Shown piece by piece: positions 25,674 to 32,729 of a stretch of DNA of 34,912 nucleotides; within the stretch, counting starts at the first letter, position 1; the number at the start of each line of letters is the position of its first letter. Where the stretch lies: contig JBIKUW010000001.1 of NCBI GenBank assembly GCA_044347385.1, forward strand, positions 1-34,912. The letters run 5' to 3'. This DNA comes from Rickettsiales bacterium (GTDB lineage: Bacteria > Pseudomonadota > Alphaproteobacteria > Rickettsiales > CAIPFW01). Under the pieces are notes generated by a model. That model saw only the letters and a list, made by a program, of their open reading frames with translations. It did not search any database and was not told where the DNA came from. A program made the translations under genes and the position numbers.

Positions 25674-26288
25674 ATGCGAGTTTTTATCACTGGAACAGGA
25701 ACAAACATAGGAAAAACGATCATTTCTGGATGGTTGCTTTCTCACCTAAAACATTATTACTATTGGAAGCCTATACAATCAGGCACTTCTGAAAATAGCG
25801 ATATTGATTTTATTCGCTCAATCACGAATCGCATCTTTCAACCAATCTACTCTTTCCCAGAACCTCTTTCCCCACATCTCGCTGCAAAAATCAATCACAC
25901 ACAGATAGATTTGAGCAAAATTCAAAATCAAACTACAAATGAGGAAAATCTAATTATTGAAGGAGCTGGAGGAGTTCTTGTCCCGCTAAATGATGAATTC
26001 ATGATGATTGATTTGATCAAACTATTGAACATTCCTACAATTATCATCACTCAGTCTTCTCTTGGAACGATTAATCACACCTGCCTCACGATAGAAGCTC
26101 TAAAAAATAGAGGCATAAAAATTCTTGGTGTGATTATGAATGGGGAGAAAAATGAAGAAAATAGAAAGGCTATTGAAAAGTTTGGTAATGTCAAAGTTCT
26201 TGATGAAACAAAAACTTTCGATCTCAGCAATATAAATGATAGTTTTTTGAAAAAAGAAATTAGTCAGGGTTTGAAGGAGATTTTTTAG
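25674..26288 (+). CDS. bioD: dethiobiotin synthase
   Basis: N-terminal MRVFITGTGTNIGKT P-loop, YWKP.Q.G, EGAGG..VP and GVI.NG. The track ORF begins at a GTG at 25635. The ATG at 25674, immediately before the P-loop, is the more likely start. Confidence 0.8.
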   Translation: MRVFITGTGTNIGKTIISGWLLSHLKHYYYWKPIQSGTSENSDIDFIRSITNRIFQPIYSFPEPLSPHLAAKINHTQIDLSKIQNQTTNEENLIIEGAGGVLVPLNDEFMMIDLIKLLNIPTIIITQSSLGTINHTCLTIEALKNRGIKILGVIMNGEKNEENRKAIEKFGNVKVLDETKTFDLSNINDSFLKKEISQGLKEIF

Positions 26289-26327
26289 TTTTGTAGTTTT
26301 TGTCATCATAATAATAAATTATCTAAA

Positions 26328-26430
26328 TTGTCATTCCAGTGCTTCAACACGTGGGATCCTTTGATGTTCAAGAAATACATTCCTAATCCCTGACAAGATC
26401 TGACGCCTACTCCCTAGTCTGAGATGACAA
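26328..26430 (+). repeat. RPE/MITE-like palindromic element, short form (CCTACTCC..TGAGATGACAA subfamily)
   Basis: TTGTCATTCCAGTGCTTCAACACGTGGGATCCTTTGATG...CATTCCTAATCCCTGACAAGATCTGACGCCTACTCCCTAGTCTGAGATGACAA. Confidence 0.8.
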
Positions 26431-26557
26431 TATTTTTTAGAATGACATTAATAAAAAAATAAAAAAATCACTTTATTGCATAAATTTCACAAAAACCCCA
26501 AAATTCTGCTTCCAACAAAAATTCCAATCTATTAAACTTTCAATAACTTAATAATTT

Positions 26558-27721
26558 TTGAAAAAAATGTCTTTTAATTTAACTCCATCACTAAAAAATC
26601 ACGAGGATGCTCGCGCGAAAGCTCTTGTATCTGCTGTGAAGTTGTTGGAGAGACATCTTTTTCAATTCACACCAACAGAAATTATTGCCACCAAAATCAA
26701 AAAACAGACTTTCTGGTTAATGAATTCTCTTGTAACTTACAACACTCGTCGTGCAAAACTTTTCAAGAAAATCCTTCAAACCGATCTAACGGAAGATGAA
26801 TGGATCGAGTTCACCACTCACATCACAGCTGTTGAAAATAAAATCGTCGATGCTATTAATAAGGGGCACGTTGATAATGAGTGTATCAATTTTCTTAAAA
26901 ATAATTTTTGGTTCATTGACGGTTTCATAAGACATAAATTGAAATATTGTAAAATGTTTATGATTCAAAATGACATCGAATGCTCTGATATCTCAGAATC
27001 TGATATTGAAATTGATTCAAAAGACTTAGGAAATCCATTATTTCAAGGTTGCACAGAAGAAAAATTCAACAAAGATTCTATACAAAAAGTTTTTGGCTCA
27101 AAGGTTGTAAATTCACTTGATCAGGAGGTTTTCGATGAAATTTCTCTAGATTGCCAAAGCCTAGATGATCTTAAAACTATTGTTGTTCCTCACGTTCCTG
27201 GATATATTGCGAAGGATATCGATTTTAACGCAAAAATAAATGAAGCTACTGGTCTTGATAACGTATCTATCGAGGTTAAAAGTTCAAATCCTTTCACAAC
27301 GAATGAAAAAAACGACATCACTTCGAGCAATCACAACCCTTTAATTGATCACAACACGTTTTTACGTGGAAATAAAATGTTTTCTAACAAAGATGAAGAA
27401 ACAAAAATTAAAAATCAACAGATTGAAAAAAAATTGGAGAAAAGTTTGATTGAACAAATACAAAAAGAAAAAAATAATCGTGGGAATATATTAAATAAGA
27501 TTTACGACAACGATGAAAATAAAATATATAATAATTTGCTTGATTGCCAGAAAAATCCAGAAAAATCTGGAATACAAAATCAGTCGCAATCTCCTCCTCC
27601 GTATCACGAAGCCATTCTAACTCATGCAGAAATTAGAAGAAGAGGCGATATTCCGTTCATACCTGGTGAACCAAATCCATATGACTTTATTAATTATGGC
27701 GATCCTGGTGTTAAGAAATAG
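26558..27721 (+). CDS. hypothetical protein with helical N-terminal domain and disordered C-terminal half bearing PPPY, NPF and RGD short motifs (candidate effector)
   Basis: 387-codon ORF. The first codon is TTG, and the first ATG is at 26567 (MSFNL...). No TM segment or signal peptide. Bracketed by repeat copies. Confidence 0.55.
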   Translation: MKKMSFNLTPSLKNHEDARAKALVSAVKLLERHLFQFTPTEIIATKIKKQTFWLMNSLVTYNTRRAKLFKKILQTDLTEDEWIEFTTHITAVENKIVDAINKGHVDNECINFLKNNFWFIDGFIRHKLKYCKMFMIQNDIECSDISESDIEIDSKDLGNPLFQGCTEEKFNKDSIQKVFGSKVVNSLDQEVFDEISLDCQSLDDLKTIVVPHVPGYIAKDIDFNAKINEATGLDNVSIEVKSSNPFTTNEKNDITSSNHNPLIDHNTFLRGNKMFSNKDEETKIKNQQIEKKLEKSLIEQIQKEKNNRGNILNKIYDNDENKIYNNLLDCQKNPEKSGIQNQSQSPPPYHEAILTHAEIRRRGDIPFIPGEPNPYDFINYGDPGVKK

Positions 27722-27740
27722 TATTGTCATCTTAAAAGTT

Positions 27741-27915
27741 TTGTCATCCTAGTTTCGTACTTGTTAGGAGCGTAGGATCTTATGAGGAATTAGTGATGCA
27801 TTTGTAAAGAGCTAACAGGATTCTCGGCCTCATTCTTCGCCGAGTAACTCGTGTGTCGCAACCTATGTTGCTCTCTCTTTTCCACGTTGTGATCAAGCTC
27901 ACAACTGGAATGACG
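27741..27915 (-). repeat. RPE/MITE-like palindromic element, long form with nested insertion; inverted twin of 24159..24333
   Basis: The reverse complement matches 24159..24333 over the full 175 nt. By eye there are about 7 mismatches, 6 of them in the last 30 nt. Confidence 0.85.
27823..27881 (-). repeat. nested second-order element, 59-bp form (reverse orientation)
   Basis: The reverse complement is identical by eye to 24193..24251. Confidence 0.65.
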
Positions 27916-27924
27916 GAGGCAAAA

Positions 27925-28033
27925 TGTCATCTCAAACTACGGAGTAGGCCTGAGATCCCATCAGAATGTAGGAATGCATCGGAAAAGGATTAAAGGGATC
28001 CCACGTCTTCGTTTTACTCGACTGGGATGACAA
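27925..28033 (-). repeat. RPE/MITE-like palindromic element, short form, reverse orientation (same subfamily as 26328..26430)
   Basis: The plus strand reads TGTCATCTCAAACTACGGAGTAGGCCTGAGATCCCATCAG...GGGATCCCACGTCTTCG...GACTGGGATGACAA, the reverse complement of the family architecture. Confidence 0.75.
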
Positions 28034-28065
28034 AGACTTAAAAATATTTTATTATTTTTAAAAAC

Positions 28066-28085
28066 ATGCTTCCACACATAAGCAT
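28066..28085 (-). terminator. weak intrinsic terminator candidate downstream of serS
   Basis: On the minus-strand RNA: AUGCUU-AUGUGUGG-AAGCAU (6-bp stem) followed by GUUUUUAAAAAU. It lies 75 nt past the serS stop. The stem is short and AT-rich. Confidence 0.3.
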
Positions 28086-28159
28086 TTATAATATATTATA
28101 ATATATACAAAGATCTAATGTGGCGCTAAAACACAAATATTATATTTTGAAAAAATAAA

Positions 28160-29542
28160 TTACATAAACTTTTTCAAAACCTCTGGAATATCAAAGTCAC
28201 CATCCTCCCTCTGATAATTCTCCATAATAGCAGCAATCAAACGCCCTATTGGCAATGCAGAGCCATTCAGAGTGTGAACAAATTTGTTCTTTCCATCATC
28301 GTCTTTATATCGGGCATTCATTCTCCTTCCCTGGAAATCCCCGAAATAAGAACAACTAGAAATCTCACGGTAGCGATTCTGCGAGGCCATCCAAACCTCA
28401 ATATCGTAAGTAATTCTAGAGGAAAAACCAGTATCACCAGTTGGCAAACAAATAACTCTGTATGGAAGACATAGCTCTTCAAGGAATTGAGTTGCACAAT
28501 TACGCATTCTGTGGAGTTCATTGTCTAACTTATTCTGTGGATTTTTTCTGTCAATCAATGTATCAATGATTTTCTTCTCCTCTTCGCTATCAACTATACT
28601 TACAAGTTCTATCTTCATAAACTGATGCAAACGAATAATACCAGTCACATCACGACCAGCAGAACCAATCTCTGAACGGAAACATGGAGTCACAGAAACA
28701 TATCTAATTGGTAGATCTTTCTTAGCAACTATCTTATCAGCAACAAGATTTGTCAGTGGTACCTCCGCAGTAGGAATCAATCTATATCCATCATTGAAAT
28801 CTATTACCTTCTTCTCACCGTACTCCGCACCTGAATCTGCAATGAATGACTCCTCTGAAAACTTTGGCAACTGCCCAACACCATACATCGCACTGTTACG
28901 AACAAGGTATGGAGGAGATACAAGCTCGTAACCATTCTCCTTCACATGCCTATCAACCATGAAGCGAATCAATGCCTGCTCTAGCAACGCAACCTTACCC
29001 TTCAGAGTCACAAACCTTGAACCAGATATCTTTGCCGTCTGAACGAAATCTAAATAATCATTCCTCTCCCCAATCTCTTCATGAGTCAATGTTTTGAAGG
29101 AAAAATCTTTAGGAGTACCAAAAATCTTCACAACCTTGAAACTTTCTTCATCCCCTTCTGGAATAAACAAATAACCATCTGCGTCAGACAGAGGAACATT
29201 TGGACAGTTGTCTAGCAAGAACTTAATCTCTCTCTCACACTCATTCAACTCCTCAATCAACTCCTTTACCCTTACATTGTTACTCTTTACAATCTCAATG
29301 TTACTCATCACTTTATCATTCTCACCAGCTTTCTTCAAATGTGGAATCTCTGCGTTGATCTTATTATTCTCTGATTGCAGATGTTGCTTACTATCTTCCA
29401 AACTCTTTCTCTTCTTATTCAACTCTGGTAATCTCTTCAACTTCTCTAGAAACTCTTCATCCAACTTGCGCGTTGAAATCAATTTAGAAAAGCTATCAAA
29501 ATGTTTAGTTATATACTCTATATCAAACATATTTTTAATCAT
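28160..29542 (-). CDS. serS: seryl-tRNA synthetase
   Basis: N-terminal coiled-coil arm. Class II motif 2 is TPCFRSEIGSAGRDVTGIIRLHQF. Motif 3 is LNGSALPIGRLIAAIMENYQ. TAEVPLTN is also present. Confidence 0.93.
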   Translation of the reverse strand: MIKNMFDIEYITKHFDSFSKLISTRKLDEEFLEKLKRLPELNKKRKSLEDSKQHLQSENNKINAEIPHLKKAGENDKVMSNIEIVKSNNVRVKELIEELNECEREIKFLLDNCPNVPLSDADGYLFIPEGDEESFKVVKIFGTPKDFSFKTLTHEEIGERNDYLDFVQTAKISGSRFVTLKGKVALLEQALIRFMVDRHVKENGYELVSPPYLVRNSAMYGVGQLPKFSEESFIADSGAEYGEKKVIDFNDGYRLIPTAEVPLTNLVADKIVAKKDLPIRYVSVTPCFRSEIGSAGRDVTGIIRLHQFMKIELVSIVDSEEEKKIIDTLIDRKNPQNKLDNELHRMRNCATQFLEELCLPYRVICLPTGDTGFSSRITYDIEVWMASQNRYREISSCSYFGDFQGRRMNARYKDDDGKNKFVHTLNGSALPIGRLIAAIMENYQREDGDFDIPEVLKKFM

Positions 29543-29707
29543 TATACTTTAATAAATTATATGATATCAAATGTCTATTATGCTTACTACTATAATCTTT
29601 ATGTTGTATATTAGTTGTATAACATATTTTTATTTATCAAATATATAAAAAACATCTTCTATATCTAATAGAAAATAAAAATAAACATCCTTCATGCTTC
29701 CACAGGA

Positions 29708-30607
29708 ATGTATATAGATATCATAATGAAGCAAATATTTATAATAAACAACCTCATGTTAATATTGCGTGGAGATCCAACTGATTCCTATATCAAAGGT
29801 GGCACCAAAGACTCAGAAATCAGTCTAGAAGAAAATTATAGAGTTCAAATATATTATGATGAAAAAGATAAAACAAAATTAAAAGAAGTAAGTGTTGGTA
29901 AAGAGATAATAAATAACACTCAAAGAGACATCAAAGCAACAGGATTTTACATAAGTACTCCGAGTTTGGGAACTAATGGAGCAAAAGCCTTCATCAGAAC
30001 AATAAACTGCGTTTTCATCATAACAAGATTTATGATCATCTTTATGGAAAAAGATCCAGGAAAAGATGCAATCTTAGAACTTATCAATCCTACTTTCGGA
30101 TTTCTGAATGATAAAATGCTTAAGGACGATAATAAGTATAAAAATACTGAAATTAAATTATCATTTCGAAACGAAGATGAGGAAGATTTCGATCCAGCAA
30201 ATTTGGAAAACGAATTACTACTCAATAACAAATCAAGTAAAATAACTAAACAAATAAACAAATATCTAAAAGTGCATGATTCAGTGAAAGGAAAACGAAA
30301 CTATATAATCGATTTCTCATTCCCAACAAAATCTACTAACGCTTTTCATTTTAGTATAGAACCAGTCCTAAAAGACAAATTAGAGGAATCAGCATTATCA
30401 ATGAATTTTGAAAAATTAGTTGACATCTTTTCAAAATCTCTACTAGAAGATGATGACTTTGAACTATCTGGAAGCGCAGGAGAGCTAGCCCTTTTAAAGA
30501 AGAAAAACGCAAATCTATTAAAAGCAATACAGAAATCAAAGGAATATTTAGAAAATGCAAACAAAAATTTGACAAAATATTCAAAGAATATGCCAATCAT
30601 TAAATAA
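29708..30607 (+). CDS. hypothetical protein (beta-rich N-terminal part, coiled-coil C-terminus), distant paralogue of 30618..31526
   Basis: 299-codon ORF with several in-frame ATGs near the 5' end, so the start is uncertain. Shares patchy colinear similarity with the next ORF. Confidence 0.5.
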   Translation: MYIDIIMKQIFIINNLMLILRGDPTDSYIKGGTKDSEISLEENYRVQIYYDEKDKTKLKEVSVGKEIINNTQRDIKATGFYISTPSLGTNGAKAFIRTINCVFIITRFMIIFMEKDPGKDAILELINPTFGFLNDKMLKDDNKYKNTEIKLSFRNEDEEDFDPANLENELLLNNKSSKITKQINKYLKVHDSVKGKRNYIIDFSFPTKSTNAFHFSIEPVLKDKLEESALSMNFEKLVDIFSKSLLEDDDFELSGSAGELALLKKKNANLLKAIQKSKEYLENANKNLTKYSKNMPIIK

Positions 30608-30617
30608 AGAGGTAAAA

Positions 30618-31526
30618 ATGTTTATATTGAAATTTGACAATACAACAATTAACAACACAAATATAATCAACGAAATTTCTAAAACCACATACGAAAATAG
30701 AAAGATTATTGCAAAAGGAAAAACAAAACATAATACAAATGTTGAGTCTGCAATAAGTTGGACATTCATCCCAAACAAAAAAGATCCAACAACTTTTAAA
30801 CCAATTGCTGAAAAAATAATACTAAATGATGGAAGTGAAATTGATGCAACTATATTTAATATTACATATACTGGAAATACTTCTGGAAGCGGCGCAATAA
30901 CAAGTGGTAGAAAAAGCTTTTATATCCGAATAATCGGAGCAAAGGCAATACTTGGTAAATCTTTTATAACTATAACAGAAGATCATGTAGACCAAGAAGA
31001 TGGCAAAGCAACAATTGAATTTCTAGAAGAATACAACTCCCATCTTTTAATTAATGAATCTAATAATCAATTTAAAATTGATGATATTAATAACAATGCA
31101 GTTACACCACTAAACATTACAAATAAATTTTTCTTTATAAACGAAGAACTAAAACAGTTCAATGTTATAACATTTTATATGTTCTCAACTGCACAAAAGA
31201 CAGATTTTATGGCAAAGTATGACTACCTAAAGTTAAAAAAAAATCCAGAAAACAGCGATACCACTAAACCCGTGGGACAAGAAAACATACCAGATAAACT
31301 TAGTCCAACATTCCAAGACTTTATTTCAATATATCAAAATATGCTTCGCGCAGATCCAAATGCGATGTTAGAAGATCTTCAAAAACAAATTGATAAAGAA
31401 AAAGAAAAAAGAAAAAAATATGAGAAAATTTTGAAAGAATTTATAAAATATCTAGGTAAGTATAATACAAGAATTAACGATCACAGCGACAATATGGAAA
31501 AAATTATTAATGGCAATAACTCATGA
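30618..31526 (+). CDS. hypothetical protein, distant paralogue of 29708..30607
   Basis: The ATG is preceded by AGAGGT 6 nt upstream and lies 10 nt after the previous stop, consistent with an operon. The K/E-rich coiled-coil tail is LEDLQKQIDKEKEKRKKYEKILKEFIKYL. Confidence 0.55.
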   Translation: MFILKFDNTTINNTNIINEISKTTYENRKIIAKGKTKHNTNVESAISWTFIPNKKDPTTFKPIAEKIILNDGSEIDATIFNITYTGNTSGSGAITSGRKSFYIRIIGAKAILGKSFITITEDHVDQEDGKATIEFLEEYNSHLLINESNNQFKIDDINNNAVTPLNITNKFFFINEELKQFNVITFYMFSTAQKTDFMAKYDYLKLKKNPENSDTTKPVGQENIPDKLSPTFQDFISIYQNMLRADPNAMLEDLQKQIDKEKEKRKKYEKILKEFIKYLGKYNTRINDHSDNMEKIINGNNS

Positions 31527-31539
31527 AGTTAATGAAAAA

Positions 31540-31610
31540 TGGACAATACTGGAATCGAACCAGTGACTCTTGCACGTCAAGCAAACGTTTTACCCCTGAA
31601 CTAATCGTCC
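31540..31610 (-). tRNA. tRNA-Val (anticodon GAC)
   Basis: The minus strand reads GGACGATTAGTTCAGGGGTAAAACGTTTGCTTGACGTGCAAGAGTCACTGGTTCGATTCCAGTATTGTCCA. It has a 7-bp acceptor stem, anticodon stem TTTGC/GCAAG with loop TTGACGT, and a T arm ACTGG-TTCGATT-CCAGT. CCA is not encoded. The ORF 31523..31720 that overlaps it is spurious. Confidence 0.85.
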
Positions 31611-31667
31611 TTATGAGCAAATATAATATAGAAAATTTAAAAAATCAAGATATCTGTAAAATAAATG

Positions 31668-32711
31668 TTATATATCATCAAAAGTTATTGGATATTCTTG
31701 AAAATGTTGTTTTCTACTGAATGGATTAAAATTGGAAAAAATATTTCCTGGCTTGGCGATACTTTTGAGTAGTTTAGAATTCTCCTCATTACCTCGATTT
31801 ATATTAACAACACTATTCTTAGGAACTATTAAACTTTGTATCTTGTTAAAAAGCTTTGTAACAGTATCTAAAATATTATCCTCTCTAGGAACAACTTCAT
31901 CTGAAAATCTGAGTTTTGTATTCTTAAAATTTTTACTCTCACCATGATCTTCACTGCACAACAAACGCTCATCATTTGAATATAAAGATGAAGTCTCAAC
32001 ACCACTATCACTCTCAACGTATTCACTCTCAGCAAGAATTGCTCTGACTTGATAAGGATCTGATTTTGCAACACTTGTTTGTGAAGGAATATTATATCCA
32101 ATAGATACAAGACTTTTCGAAGATGTACTTTCAGAAGATGCAATACTATCTCTGGAAGAAATACTGCCTGATTCGCTAGGTTGAAATAGATTTGTTAAAG
32201 ATGAATTATCATCCGCAACATCTTCGTTTGTATACTGCTGATAACTTTCATTGTTATTACCAATATACTCTTGCTCAACAACCTTTGGACTGCTAGTTAT
32301 AGCCATATAACTCTTCTTGATATCACCTGACAAAAGACCACTCTTCTCTGTTGTTTTCTTTTGATTTGAAACTTCTTTTGCTTCCTTCGCACTTACATCC
32401 ATATTATTAGAAATAACATTGGTGGGTGTAGAACTTTTATTTTGCTTTTTTTGTTTTTCTTTCGTTATTTCTTCTTCTGACAATGTCATGTCTATCTTCA
32501 AGATTTTAGATTGATCAACTAATTTAATTTTAAAATCTTCTTCTGTAATTTCAAAATTTCCTCTTGTACATTCAGCAATGCCCACCTGATTGTTTGAATG
32601 AGAAACAGAAAAGCCAGTCATTTTTCTAATCTTGAAAATTAAAAAAGTGATAAATGCTAACAATGCTACTATACCTAATATTAATGTAGGTATTAAATTA
32701 TCTTCCAACAT
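31668..32711 (-). CDS. hypothetical N-terminally anchored membrane protein with Ser/Glu-rich disordered body
   Basis: TM segment LIPTLILGIVALLAFITFLIF followed by KIRK. 347 codons. The C-terminal tail contains NIFSNFNPFS. Confidence 0.55.
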   Translation of the reverse strand: MLEDNLIPTLILGIVALLAFITFLIFKIRKMTGFSVSHSNNQVGIAECTRGNFEITEEDFKIKLVDQSKILKIDMTLSEEEITKEKQKKQNKSSTPTNVISNNMDVSAKEAKEVSNQKKTTEKSGLLSGDIKKSYMAITSSPKVVEQEYIGNNNESYQQYTNEDVADDNSSLTNLFQPSESGSISSRDSIASSESTSSKSLVSIGYNIPSQTSVAKSDPYQVRAILAESEYVESDSGVETSSLYSNDERLLCSEDHGESKNFKNTKLRFSDEVVPREDNILDTVTKLFNKIQSLIVPKNSVVNINRGNEENSKLLKSIAKPGNIFSNFNPFSRKQHFQEYPITFDDI

Positions 32712-32729
32712 ACAAAATCACTAAAATTA

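Noticed and set aside
28065-28076. 12-mer CATGCTTCCACA present on both sides of serS (also at 29693..29704)
   Set aside because: A single shared 12-mer in 35 kb is within chance expectation. There is no extended similarity around either copy, and serS is core housekeeping.
29708-31526. Faint resemblance of the N-termini (MLILRGD...IKGGTKDSE and MFILKFDN...AKGKTKHNTNVESAISW) to the Hcp/tube-protein start MFIKIGDVKGESKD...
   Set aside because: The resemblance needs a 23-aa gap in one protein, covers fewer than 15 residues, and the rest cannot be aligned by eye. No other type VI or tail genes are nearby. It is worth an HHpred run but is not a supportable call.
31540-31610. tRNA-Val as the attachment site of an integrated island
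   Set aside because: I could not find a direct repeat of the tRNA 3' half anywhere in the window. There is no integrase gene, and no compositional break at the putative boundary.
31523-31720. 65-aa ORF overlapping the tRNA-Val locus
   Set aside because: It is fully explained by the tRNA gene on the opposite strand plus flanking intergenic sequence.
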